In this document: one piece after another, positions 21,118-30,789 of the stretch | How positions within the stretch are numbered: position 1 is the stretch's first letter | Layout: every line of letters begins with the position of its first letter | Assembly: GCA_963793265.1 (NCBI GenBank) | Contig: CAWBZI010000006.1 | Location: 480,001-544,000, forward strand | Reading direction: 5' to 3' | Origin: an uncultured cyanobacterium | GTDB lineage: Bacteria > Cyanobacteriota > Cyanobacteriia > Phormidesmidales > Phormidesmidaceae | Length of the DNA stretch: 64,000 bases | The notes under the pieces: generated by a model | Databases searched by the model: none | The model's input: only the letters and a program-made list of their open reading frames with translations | Told to the model about the DNA's origin: nothing | Translations under genes and position numbers: made by a program

Positions 21118-22338
21118 ATGCTCAAAATAATCAGCCTTTACACAGGGGCAGGCGGACTAGATTTAGGGCTCGAAGCCGCTGGATTTGAAACGACCATCGC
21201 TATCGAAGCTGATAAATGGGCTTGTCAGACGCTTTTGCACAATCGGCCTACCTGGAATCCTATCCAGCGAGATATCCATAGCTTAAGTAGCGCAGAGATC
21301 GCTAGCATAGGAAAGGTTGACAAGGGCGCACCCGCATTGTTAATCGGCGGGCCACCTTGCCAACCTTTCTCCAAGTCAGCCTATTGGGCTCAAGGCGATA
21401 CGCAGCGCCTAAACGACCCTAGAGCTGATACGCTGAGCGCTTATCTTAGGGTGCTAAAAGATCTAAAGCCAAAAGCCTTTCTGCTAGAGAACGTTTTCGG
21501 AATTACGTACAAGGGGAAGAGCGAAGCTGTTGAACTTCTTAAGCAGGCTGTTTGTAAGATCAATCAAGAAGAAGGTACTCGGTACACTTTTAGCTTAGGC
21601 ATTATCAATGCTGCCGACTACGGCGTTCCCCAAATGAGGGAACGTGTTTTCATAGTGGGCTCTCGGGACGGGATAGAATTTAGATTTCCATCTCCTACCC
21701 ACCAAAGCCTAACTAATAAATCAGCAGGCTTACTAACAAAAGAACCTTGGTTAACTGCGTGGGACGCTATTGGCGATCTCAATAATCTAGAACATTCAGA
21801 TATTCCAATGAATGGAAAATGGGCCAACCTGTTGCCCAGTATTCCAGAGGGTAAAAATTACCTGCACCATACTAATCGCGGTGGTGGCGTTCCTTTGTTT
21901 GGATGGCGAACTCGATATTGGAGCTTCTTATTGAAGCTATCTAAAGATAAGCCTTCTTGGACGATACAAGCTCAGCCAGGAAGTGCGGTTGGCCCGTTTC
22001 ATTGGAAAAATCGGCGGCTTTCAACTCGTGAGCTTTGCAGGCTACAAACGTTTCCAGATAGCTACGAAGTACTAGGGAGCCGAGCCGAAATTCAGAGACA
22101 GCTAGGGAATGCAGTCCCTTCTTTAATCGGTGAGATATTGGGTCGAGAAATCATGCAGCAATTTTTCAACGAAGAAGTTACTGCTGAGCTGAAGCTGTCA
22201 ATTAATAGAAATATGGAGCCTCATTCTGAGGAGCCTATTGTATCTGTTAGCGAGGAGTTTATGCATCTGCTAGGCCAGCACGAGGATCATCCAGGTGTAG
22301 GTAAAGGCCCTAGATCGGCTCATCGTGTAGGCGCTTAA
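21118..22338 (+). CDS. DNA cytosine-5 methyltransferase
   Basis: SLYTGAGG (I), PPCQPFS (IV), ENV (VI), QMRERVF (VIII), RELCRLQTFP (IX), GNAV (X). Confidence 0.95.
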   Translation: MLKIISLYTGAGGLDLGLEAAGFETTIAIEADKWACQTLLHNRPTWNPIQRDIHSLSSAEIASIGKVDKGAPALLIGGPPCQPFSKSAYWAQGDTQRLNDPRADTLSAYLRVLKDLKPKAFLLENVFGITYKGKSEAVELLKQAVCKINQEEGTRYTFSLGIINAADYGVPQMRERVFIVGSRDGIEFRFPSPTHQSLTNKSAGLLTKEPWLTAWDAIGDLNNLEHSDIPMNGKWANLLPSIPEGKNYLHHTNRGGGVPLFGWRTRYWSFLLKLSKDKPSWTIQAQPGSAVGPFHWKNRRLSTRELCRLQTFPDSYEVLGSRAEIQRQLGNAVPSLIGEILGREIMQQFFNEEVTAELKLSINRNMEPHSEEPIVSVSEEFMHLLGQHEDHPGVGKGPRSAHRVGA

Positions 22339-22385
22339 CAGTAATTAGAAAAGACGTTTATCTATGAGGCTGTCCATACAAGAAC

Positions 22386-22424
22386 AAAGAACCGCTCGGC
22401 ACCACATAGCCCGAGCGGTTCTTT
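22386..22424. terminator. bidirectional terminator between the MTase and clc genes
   Basis: AAAGAACCGCTCGG...CCGAGCGGTTCTTT. Confidence 0.75.
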
Positions 22425-22457
22425 TGCGTTAGTTGTTGTTTGTCTTATTTAGCATTC

Positions 22458-23975
22458 CTAGCTAGTAACTTGCTGAAGGACAGCTTCGGCTGGGCTGGGG
22501 TTCATTGCAGGGAAAACAGGCTTACGGGCTTCTAGCTGGCGTGATCGCTGCGTCCCAATCATCGAAACATTACTGGTGAGTACAAAGCTAACAAAGCTCG
22601 CAATCACAATCACTGGCAGCATGGCCGTGCCCGATAGCACGCTCAAAATGATGCTGGTGCTTACGGGCGTTTTAGTCACAGCGACATTCACAGCGGCCAT
22701 GAGGCAAACCATGGCGACGGTGGGATGAAGACCGGGAACAAGGAGGGCGATCGCTAAACCCGTGTTCGCACCAATAAAGAACAGTGGAAAGATAAAGCCG
22801 CCTAAAAAGCCAGAGTGTAGCGTGAAGCTAATCGCGAACATCTTGGCGAAGGCAATGAGCAGTAGCGAAACTGCGCCGAGGGTTGCGCCAGTTTCAATGA
22901 CCGTGTGAATTTGCTCTTCACTAAAGAAGAGCGTTTGAGGATAGACAAAGGCAATTAGGCCAATGCTCAAGCCGCCCAGGGTCGCTAATAAAATCAGGTT
23001 GTGCTCTAAAGGCGCGAGCAGTGCGCCGACTTTTTTGAATATAAAGATGAATAATACGGCGACGGCTGCGCCAACAACGCCTAAACACAGTCCTTGCAAA
23101 AGGTTGATGGGCTGCAATTCAGGGATAGCTTCAAAGTGGTAGAAGCCGCCGATGGTGATGCCGGTGTTAATGCGGAATGTCGCAAAGGAGAGAATAGCGG
23201 CGACCACAGCCGGGGCAACGGCTTCGTAGTATTCCAGGCCGCGTCGGTGTGGAATTTCGAGGGCGAAGAGGGCTGCGCCGATGGGTGCGCCGAAAAATGC
23301 GCCGAGCGCAGCGCTCATGCCGCAAAAGGTGAGCACTCGAACTGAGCTGGTATCAAGGTTGAGCTTGTCACCGAGCCAGCTACCAAAGCTGCCGTTTACC
23401 TGCACTAGCGGAGCCTCGGGGCCTGCGCTACCGCCGGAGGTAATGGCAACGAGCGAGGCAATCACCATGGCAGGCGTTTTGCTGATGTCGATGCGGCCAG
23501 GGCTGTGAATGCTGTCTACAACTTTGGCCATTTCACCGGGGAGGCCCATGAAGTAAAGCACCAGGCCCACGCCGAAGCCGCCGATAGTGGTAGCTATCCA
23601 TACGTAGTTGCTATCGGGGAGCCAGCTTGGGAAGTGGGGTGTGACAAAGGCAGGCAGTGTTGTCCAAACGCCGTGCATGAGGCTTTCGAGCACGATGTAA
23701 TAAATGGTGGCGACCAGTCCGCCGACAATACCAATCAGGCCCGCGCAGGCCATAAGCTGTACGTACGTGAGCTGCCTGTGCTCTGAAGTTTCGGGCAAGT
23801 CCGGCGCGGTGGCTGCTAGCTTTTCGGTGTTTTGGGCCGTAGTATCTTTTGCTGGGTCAAAGTCTGTCTGACTGAACTCTGTCTGACCGAAGTCTGTTTG
23901 GCTAGTCACTATGGGGACACTCTCCTTGGGGCGATCGCTACGAATGTAGGCCCTCAGTCTAGGAACACGCCTCAA
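22458..23975 (-). CDS. ClC-family chloride channel/transporter
   Basis: GGSAGPEAP, GFLGGFIFP, many transmembrane helices; exact start uncertain. Confidence 0.88.
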   Translation of the reverse strand: MRRVPRLRAYIRSDRPKESVPIVTSQTDFGQTEFSQTDFDPAKDTTAQNTEKLAATAPDLPETSEHRQLTYVQLMACAGLIGIVGGLVATIYYIVLESLMHGVWTTLPAFVTPHFPSWLPDSNYVWIATTIGGFGVGLVLYFMGLPGEMAKVVDSIHSPGRIDISKTPAMVIASLVAITSGGSAGPEAPLVQVNGSFGSWLGDKLNLDTSSVRVLTFCGMSAALGAFFGAPIGAALFALEIPHRRGLEYYEAVAPAVVAAILSFATFRINTGITIGGFYHFEAIPELQPINLLQGLCLGVVGAAVAVLFIFIFKKVGALLAPLEHNLILLATLGGLSIGLIAFVYPQTLFFSEEQIHTVIETGATLGAVSLLLIAFAKMFAISFTLHSGFLGGFIFPLFFIGANTGLAIALLVPGLHPTVAMVCLMAAVNVAVTKTPVSTSIILSVLSGTAMLPVIVIASFVSFVLTSNVSMIGTQRSRQLEARKPVFPAMNPSPAEAVLQQVTS

Positions 23976-24085
23976 ACAACTCTGTAAGTTTCAACACCAA
24001 ATGAATGAGATATCTGCAGAGTCAAATAGTGATTATGCGGTTATTACATAGTTCTTTTTGCGCCGAGGCGCGTGAAAGCGCATAG

Positions 24086-24985
24086 TTAGTCCCAACCTTC
24101 TTCACCCTGCTTTTTTTCGAGCTGCGTAATGGCTAGTTTGATGACTGGCTTGATAGTGTCGTCGGGTTCTTCGTTGAGCGCGGTCTGGAGAGGAGCGATC
24201 GCACCGCCATCCCCAATTTTCATCAACGCCATCGCTGCCGTTTTGCGCACATCCCCGTCCTCATCTGTCAGCATCTCTGCAAGCTGAGGCACAACCGCTG
24301 CATTACTCAGCTTCCCTAAAGCCGCCGCGGCTTCAGAGCGCACCATCGCTGATGAATCCTTGAGCGCTGCTAAGATCAAATCGAGTGCTTTTGTGTCTTC
24401 CTCCTCTAATGCGATCGCACTCAACGCCCCAACAACCGCACTACGAACTTCTTCTTGCTGAGCATCGGCCGCTGCATACAAATGCGCTGCGCCTGCTGAG
24501 CCCACAAAAGACAATCCCCAAGTCGCTAATCCTTTAGAACTATCAGGATATTCGGGAGAGGCAATAATGTCTATCAGCACAGGCGCAGCCGCTTCTCCCA
24601 TCACCGCCAAAGCGCCCACCACTGAACCACGCACAACCGTGTCTTCATCATGCAGCAGCGAATGCACCAGGGTTGGAATGGTGACCGGATCGGCTATGAG
24701 CGTCATTGTTTTGGCGCAAGCCCGCCGTACGGTTTCGTTTTCGTGATTAGCCAAGCCGTCTACTAATGCCGGGGTTGCAGGTTTGCCAACTTTGCCTAAA
24801 ATTTCGGCAAAAGCTAGGCGCTTTAGGCCGCGCTTGTCGTTGAAGCCTTCTACAAGCTGCACGATGAGCTGCCGGTCAGTGGCATCAAAAGTGCCTGTGG
24901 CTTGCTGGCCTTGAACCTGAGCAATTAGAGCATCGGCTTCGGCCTCGGAAAGCGCGGCAGGTTTGCTGCTGGCGGGATTTTGCAT
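24086..24985 (-). CDS. cpeF: CpeF/MpeV-family bilin lyase
   Basis: D.RGL.RL.FAE.LG.VGKPATP, VRRACAKT.TLIADP, HEAT repeats; divergent from cpeY. Confidence 0.75.
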   Translation of the reverse strand: MQNPASSKPAALSEAEADALIAQVQGQQATGTFDATDRQLIVQLVEGFNDKRGLKRLAFAEILGKVGKPATPALVDGLANHENETVRRACAKTMTLIADPVTIPTLVHSLLHDEDTVVRGSVVGALAVMGEAAAPVLIDIIASPEYPDSSKGLATWGLSFVGSAGAAHLYAAADAQQEEVRSAVVGALSAIALEEEDTKALDLILAALKDSSAMVRSEAAAALGKLSNAAVVPQLAEMLTDEDGDVRKTAAMALMKIGDGGAIAPLQTALNEEPDDTIKPVIKLAITQLEKKQGEEGWD

Positions 24986-25163
24986 ATCCAAAGCAGGGGT
25001 AACGGATACTCAAATTCTCCCAGATCGCGACCCAGTTAGGTTTTGTTGTGCTCAAATTTGATGGCGGTTTTTTGATTTTGCTGACGATCTAATGCGATCC
25101 TATCTACATAAGTGCGATTCTTTTGGAGTTGCGCTCCGCTGCTTTCCTTTCGCACTTTTGCCC

Positions 25164-26435
25164 ATGGATAATCGCTTTTCGCGTCTGTTTAATCTCACTG
25201 AAGCGCAGGCTATCGAAATATTAGACGGGCCTGCGGATGATTCGGATGAGGCATCGGGTCGCTACATTGCGGCCTCGCATCTGGTGAATTTTGACACTGA
25301 GGCGTCTATTGGTGCGCTGATGCGGGCGGTGAATAATGATGCACCTGATTTGGATAATCGGATTGTGCGGCGCAAGGCGGTGGAGAGCCTGGGGCGGCTG
25401 AAGGTGAAGGCGGCTTTGCCAGTGATTAAGGGATGTTTGGATGATGAAGATACTTATTTAGTGGAGAATTCGGCCTGGGCCATTGGCGAGATAGGGACTG
25501 ATAATACCGCAACGTTAGAGAAGTTAGCCGAGCAGCTTGACCGGCCCGACCAAAGCTATCGCACCATTATTCATACGCTGGCGAGCCTGGGGTATAAGCC
25601 TGCTGCTGAAAGGATCGAGCGGTTTACAAGTAGTGAGCAGGCACCGATTGCAAGTGCGGCACTCTCAGCGATGTATCAGCTAAAAGGAGACGCGCAGGCG
25701 ATTCCTCAGGTGATGAAGTTTTTGCAGAATAAGAATGTGAATGCACGGCGCGGCAGCATTCAAGATCTTATTGACGCGCGATATTTTCGAGCGATTCCAC
25801 ATATTGCCAGGTGCCCGGTGTCGAGCGTGTTTCGTTTGCGAGGAATTCGGCTGTTAGCGGAGGCTGGAATTGAGGAGAAAAAGCTAACGTTTGAGCAGGT
25901 GCGACCCTTACTAGATCAGGTGATTCGAGATCACCCCAATGATGTGGCGCTGGTGCATTCTTACGATCAGGTGCCGGAGATAGAGGGGCTGGTGCAAGAG
26001 CTGTACGGGACGGATTTTGGGCGCTGCTACTTGGCGAGTAAAACGCTAATGGAGCATTACCCAAAGGAAGCTCCGGCGGCGCTGATCAAAAGCTATGAGG
26101 CGGAGGGCTATAACGACTATGGGGCGCACTATCATATGATGCGGCTGTTTGGCTGGCTGAAGGTAGAGGCTGCTTATGATTTGCTGGTGGGGGCGCTGAA
26201 TAACAAGGCTCCGCAGTTCCAGAAGTCTCGAGTGGCTGCAGCGATCGCCCTGTCTGAACTCTCAGATACTCGCGCCGTGCCTGAACTCAAAGCTGCTTTA
26301 TCCGTACCCATTTGGGATCTGCAGTATGCGGCGCTGATGGCACTCTCAGCATTAGGGGCCGCCTCAGAGATCGATGCAGACCTATCAAATGCAGACTGGC
26401 CCGTTCAGGAAAAGGCCAAGTCTTCTGTAAGCTAG
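25164..26435 (+). CDS. cpeY: phycoerythrin alpha lyase CpeY
   Basis: MDNRFSRLFNLTE, RYIAASHL, LYGTDFGRCYLA, NDYGAHYH, PQFQKSR. Confidence 0.9.
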   Translation: MDNRFSRLFNLTEAQAIEILDGPADDSDEASGRYIAASHLVNFDTEASIGALMRAVNNDAPDLDNRIVRRKAVESLGRLKVKAALPVIKGCLDDEDTYLVENSAWAIGEIGTDNTATLEKLAEQLDRPDQSYRTIIHTLASLGYKPAAERIERFTSSEQAPIASAALSAMYQLKGDAQAIPQVMKFLQNKNVNARRGSIQDLIDARYFRAIPHIARCPVSSVFRLRGIRLLAEAGIEEKKLTFEQVRPLLDQVIRDHPNDVALVHSYDQVPEIEGLVQELYGTDFGRCYLASKTLMEHYPKEAPAALIKSYEAEGYNDYGAHYHMMRLFGWLKVEAAYDLLVGALNNKAPQFQKSRVAAAIALSELSDTRAVPELKAALSVPIWDLQYAALMALSALGAASEIDADLSNADWPVQEKAKSSVS

Positions 26436-26461
26436 TAATAGACGAGTTGACCGGGACAATC

Positions 26462-27037
26462 ATGTCAGAAGCGCTTTCTATTTTTCATCGGTTTTTTGAT
26501 GCCTGTGTGGGTAGCTGGGATTCGGAGCGGACGTACCATTATTTGAGCCGATCTTCTGTAGAGCGATCGCACACCAACTTCGGTGTCTCCCCACTCACCC
26601 CTGAGCAAAAGCAAAAAGTCCTCTCCGACAACAGCTACAGTGCCAACAGCGCCCGGCTGCAAAACTGCCCTGGCTTTCACCTCGTCTTTCACACCGTCTC
26701 AGAAAAAGGCGAAGTCGTCGATCAGTCTGTGAACCTGGCCTTTGTGCCAAGCGGTAAGCCTGCTGAACACGACTATCTACTAGAGGGCGACTATTTGCGC
26801 GATCGCGCCTATGAAGAAGACCGCCCAATCATCTCCCACTTCCGCTTCGACAGCCGCACCCGAGAGCTGCTGATGACCACCCGCTACACCCACATCGTCA
26901 GCGTAGACTCCATCACCCTTGTAAACCCCAAAATGCGTATTCGTCGCATTTTCAACTACATGAAGCCGCCTGAAGGTGAGCCCTTAAGCGATCTGGCCTT
27001 AGTCGGCTTCGGCGTAGAGCAAAAGCTAGCGGGTTAG
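26462..27037 (+). CDS. CpcS/CpeS-family bilin lyase paralog
   Basis: FFDACVGSWDSERTYHY, YLRDRAYEE, RIRRI; follows cpeY. Confidence 0.7.
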   Translation: MSEALSIFHRFFDACVGSWDSERTYHYLSRSSVERSHTNFGVSPLTPEQKQKVLSDNSYSANSARLQNCPGFHLVFHTVSEKGEVVDQSVNLAFVPSGKPAEHDYLLEGDYLRDRAYEEDRPIISHFRFDSRTRELLMTTRYTHIVSVDSITLVNPKMRIRRIFNYMKPPEGEPLSDLALVGFGVEQKLAG

Positions 27038-27074
27038 CCACAAAAAAGGTTCGGTAATCGGTACAAGGCTTTCG

Positions 27075-27104
27075 TTGACGATACCAACACATATGTCTTA
27101 TATT
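27075..27104 (+). promoter_or_regulatory. sigma70-type promoter
   Basis: TTGACG-18 nt-TATATT, upstream of the structured leader and NYN gene. Confidence 0.6.
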
Positions 27105-27110
27105 TTGTGT

Positions 27111-27210
27111 ACAACTCCCCAGCGAAATCTGGTTGGGTAGTCTATATGGCTACCTGCTTAAACTATAAATGGCAAAGCCTACCTTCGTAAGTTGGTAGGC
27201 TTTGCTTTTG
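27111..27210 (+). ncRNA. candidate structured leader/small RNA ending in an intrinsic terminator
   Basis: hairpins CCAG/CTGG (27119-27132), GGTAGTC/GGCTACC (27136-27154) and a perfect 12-bp GCAAAGCCTACC/GGTAGGCTTTGC stem (27172-27205) followed by TTTT. Confidence 0.5.
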
Positions 27211-27226
27211 AGAGAGCTAAAGATCT

Positions 27227-27853
27227 TTGACTAAGCGCAGCATCGTATACATTGACGGTTTCAATTTCTACTATGGCGCTGTCAAAGGTACACCCTATAA
27301 GTGGCTAGATTTACAAAAGTATTTTTCGTTATTAAGAACAGACGATGATTTGCAAAAGATCTGGTACTTTAAGGCCAAAGTAAGTGGAGGCCAGCTTATC
27401 AGGCAAGAAACCTATTTCGATGCGATAAATGCTTCACCGTTAGTCGAGTTGGTTTTTGGTCTGTATAAACAGAAGCACTTGAAATGTCGTGTTAGGGCGT
27501 GTAAATACCCAGGAAATAAGGCTTACCAGGTTCCTGAAGAGAAAAGGACAGATGTCAACATAGCAGTGCAGATGCTCGATGATGCGTATCAAGGCACGTG
27601 CGACCGCATAATCTTAGTTTCGGGTGATTCTGACCTCGTGCCTGCGTTGCAGATGATTAAAAAAAGGCATCCGTTCATACAGATAACTGTTTACGTTCCC
27701 ACGAGAAACCCCAAAAGAGGTGCCGCCAGGGAACTAAGGAACGTTGCTGATAAAGACAGCAGCCTACCAACTCAGCTATTCTCAAAAGCTCAGCTTCCCC
27801 TGAGCATGATAGGTGCCTCGGGAAAGGTCATACAGAAGCCTAGTCGTTGGTAA
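27227..27853 (+). CDS. NYN-domain (LabA/DUF88, PIN-like) nuclease
   Basis: VYIDGFNFYY, EEKRTDV.IA, LVSGDSDL.P; acidic catalytic residues intact; TTG start. Confidence 0.9.
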   Translation: MTKRSIVYIDGFNFYYGAVKGTPYKWLDLQKYFSLLRTDDDLQKIWYFKAKVSGGQLIRQETYFDAINASPLVELVFGLYKQKHLKCRVRACKYPGNKAYQVPEEKRTDVNIAVQMLDDAYQGTCDRIILVSGDSDLVPALQMIKKRHPFIQITVYVPTRNPKRGAARELRNVADKDSSLPTQLFSKAQLPLSMIGASGKVIQKPSRW

Positions 27854-27940
27854 CGCTTAAGCTAGGCTAAAACACATGTCTTACATCAGCCTTCTTATGT
27901 CATAATCAAAGACTGCGATTGACCAAAATACCGAAAGATC

Positions 27941-28129
27941 ATGGCAAAAGGCGTTCGTCTTGTAATCACACTTGAGTGTACTGAGTGCCGTAGCAACCCC
28001 GATAAGCGCTCTAACGGCGTTTCTCGCTACACCACTCAGAAGAACCGTCGCAACACGACGGCTCGCTTGGAGCTGAAAAAGTTCTGCACACACTGCAACA
28101 AGCACACAAACCACAAAGAAATCAAATAG
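27941..28129 (+). CDS. rpmG: 50S ribosomal protein L33
   Basis: [22 protein letters not shown]. Confidence 0.97.
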   Translation: MAKGVRLVITLECTECRSNPDKRSNGVSRYTTQKNRRNTTARLELKKFCTHCNKHTNHKEIK

Positions 28130-28277
28130 AGGCCAGTGTAGAAATCAGTGAGATAGGAAAAGGCCATAGGCGGCGTCAAGCCAGCTTGTCTGTTAGCAGC
28201 TTGTTTGCTAATACACTCCCTATCAACACATCATTTGCCCGCTTAAACGAAACGAAAATCACTAGAGAATAAGGATC

Positions 28278-28493
28278 ATGGCTTACTTTCGCCGTCGGGT
28301 TTCCCCGATTCAACCAGACGAAAAAATTGACTACAAAGACGTAGATTTGCTGCGTAAGTTTGTAACTGAGCGTGGCAAAATTTTGCCTCGTCGCATTACC
28401 GGACTTACCTCTAAGCAGCAGCGCGATTTGACGAAGGCGATTAAGCGCGCTCGCATCGTAGCGCTATTGCCCTATGTGAACGAAGACGGCTAG
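28278..28493 (+). CDS. rpsR: 30S ribosomal protein S18
   Basis: [22 protein letters not shown]. Confidence 0.97.
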   Translation: MAYFRRRVSPIQPDEKIDYKDVDLLRKFVTERGKILPRRITGLTSKQQRDLTKAIKRARIVALLPYVNEDG

Positions 28494-28568
28494 AGAAGCG
28501 TCGATTCGTTGGATCACTGTTGGCTCACTAAAAGACGAATCACTCAGATTAAATTGAAAGTAAATAAT

Positions 28569-28626
28569 AGCTATCGGCGCTCAGCAGAAGACTGCTACTT
28601 TTGAAGAGAGCGCCGGTAGCTTTTTT
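28569..28626 (+). terminator. terminator after rpsR
   Basis: AGCTATCGGCGCTC...GAGCGCCGGTAGCT followed by a T-run. Confidence 0.65.
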
Positions 28627-28656
28627 GATGGCGATAAATAAGTAGGTGACGGTTTC

Positions 28657-30777
28657 GTGGAAAAGGGCAGGCTAGTTGAGTTTAAGCAAAAAGGCGAACC
28701 TTTGCTGGCCGTTGCCGATCGCCCTGAAGGCAAAAAGAACTGGATACTAATCGATCAGCGCGGCCAGGCTCATACAATCCATCCACGCCAGGTCATTTAC
28801 GAGATTCCAGGAGAGCCGGTTGAGTCTTCTAAGGAAATTGAAGGATTTGTCGCTGAGGCTGAGGGCTACATTGACCCGGATAATTTGGAGGTGGCCTGGG
28901 AGCTGCTGACTGAATTAGAAGAGTCTGCAACGCCTGCCTCTTTGGCGCAGCTTTTGTTCTCTGAGCAAAACCCGACGATGTGCTACGCGGCGCATCGAAT
29001 GCTGAGCGATGACAAGCTGTACTTTAAGCAAAAGGGCGATGTTTACGAACCGCGTCCAGCGACTCAGGTAGAAGATCTTCAGCTTAAGATTAAGCGCGAG
29101 GCAGAGAGAGAGGCGGAGTGGGAAGGCTTTTTGAGTCGGGCGAAGGCGCGTTTGGGTGAGGCTGAAGAGGTGGCGGAAGTCCCTGAGTTTGAGAAGAGCG
29201 ATCGCCCCCGGCTTGAAATTCTCGAACGCTTTGCCCTGCTAGGTGATGAGTCGAGCCAAAAAACCGCTGCCCAAGATATTCTTACGGCGCTAGGCCGAGA
29301 CAAGTTTTCCGATGTCGCCTTTCAAACGCTCGTAGATCTGGGCATCTGGGATGAGCACGAAAATCTGGCGCTGCGTCGCCGTCAGATTCCTACTCAGTTT
29401 CCCGAAGAGATTAACGACGCCATTGAGAAGGTGCTGGCCGATCCGCCAGATATTGATGAGGCCAATCGGGTTGATTTAACCCACCTGAAGCTCTACACCG
29501 TAGATGACGAGAGCACTAGAGAAATTGACGATGGCCTGAGCTGTGAGACGCTGCCTGACGGGCGGCAAAAGCTGTGGATTCATATTGCCGATCCGACGCG
29601 CTGGCTATCGCCGGGTGACGTGTTAGACAGTGAGGCTCGTAAGCGCTGCACAACCGTGTATTTGCCAACGGGTGTGATTCCGATGTTTCCGTTTGAGCTG
29701 GCGGCTGGGCCAATGAGCCTGGTGCAGGGCAAAGTCTGCTGCGCGCTGAGCTTTGGTGTGGTGCTGGCTGAAGATGGCGCGGTGGCAGAGTTTAGCATTC
29801 AGCCGAGCCTGGTGAAGCCGACGTACCGGCTCACCTATGAAGATGCCGATGAGATGATTGAGCTGGGGGTAGAGGCTGAAGGGGAAATGTTGGCGATCGC
29901 ATCGCTTGCCAAACAGCGTCTCACTTGGCGCAAAGCCCAGGGTGCTATCAGCATTCACCTCCCCGAGTCATCGATTAAAGTAGACCGCAGCACCGACGAC
30001 ATCACGATCACAATGTTGGAGTCATCAGTCTCACGTGAGATGGTCGCTGAAATGATGATTTTGACCAGTGAAGTCGCGGCCCGCTATGCCGAAGAGAACA
30101 GCCTGCCGATTCCTTATCGCTCCCAGCCTCAGCCCGAGCTTCCACCTGACGAGGAGCTAATGCAGCTAGAGGCTGGCTGGGTGCGAGACTCTGCTATTCG
30201 TCGCTGTATGACCCGAAGCGAGATGGGCATTGTGCCGAGTCGCCACGCCACGCTGGGTCTGGAAAGCTACTCTCAGGTCACCTCACCTATTCGTCGCTAC
30301 ACCGATTTAATGGGTCACTTTCAAATTAAGGCTCATCTGCGTGGTGATGAGCTGCCTTTCTCTGAAGCGGCGCTAACTGAGACGATTATGGTGGTGGCCA
30401 ATGCCGCTTATGAAGCGGTGCTGGTGGAACGGCAGACGAAGAAGTATTGGGCGATTGAGTATTTGAGGCGGCAAGATGAGCGCGATCGCGGCCAAATGTG
30501 GGAAGTGCAGATGGTGCGCTGGCTTCGAGAACATGAGTTCTTGGGCCTAATTATCTTCGAAGACTTAGGTCTAGAATTTGCCATGCGCTTTGATCGGGCA
30601 GTGGGCTTAGGCGAAAGAATCAACGTACAGGTAAGCTTTGCTGATCCGCGTCAGGAAATGATTCGGTTCAAAGAAGTGCGGGCGGTAGAGCCGGAAGCAG
30701 TAGAGCCCGAGGCTGAGATACCTTCAGAAGATTCGCTAGAAGAAAAACTTGCAACAGTTGATGTGGAAGAGGAGTAG
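28657..30777 (+). CDS. rnb: ribonuclease II/RNB family exoribonuclease
   Basis: TVDDESTREIDDG, HIADP, TSPIRRYTDL. Confidence 0.92.
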   Translation: MEKGRLVEFKQKGEPLLAVADRPEGKKNWILIDQRGQAHTIHPRQVIYEIPGEPVESSKEIEGFVAEAEGYIDPDNLEVAWELLTELEESATPASLAQLLFSEQNPTMCYAAHRMLSDDKLYFKQKGDVYEPRPATQVEDLQLKIKREAEREAEWEGFLSRAKARLGEAEEVAEVPEFEKSDRPRLEILERFALLGDESSQKTAAQDILTALGRDKFSDVAFQTLVDLGIWDEHENLALRRRQIPTQFPEEINDAIEKVLADPPDIDEANRVDLTHLKLYTVDDESTREIDDGLSCETLPDGRQKLWIHIADPTRWLSPGDVLDSEARKRCTTVYLPTGVIPMFPFELAAGPMSLVQGKVCCALSFGVVLAEDGAVAEFSIQPSLVKPTYRLTYEDADEMIELGVEAEGEMLAIASLAKQRLTWRKAQGAISIHLPESSIKVDRSTDDITITMLESSVSREMVAEMMILTSEVAARYAEENSLPIPYRSQPQPELPPDEELMQLEAGWVRDSAIRRCMTRSEMGIVPSRHATLGLESYSQVTSPIRRYTDLMGHFQIKAHLRGDELPFSEAALTETIMVVANAAYEAVLVERQTKKYWAIEYLRRQDERDRGQMWEVQMVRWLREHEFLGLIIFEDLGLEFAMRFDRAVGLGERINVQVSFADPRQEMIRFKEVRAVEPEAVEPEAEIPSEDSLEEKLATVDVEEE

Positions 30778-30789
30778 CGGAGTTTCCTC

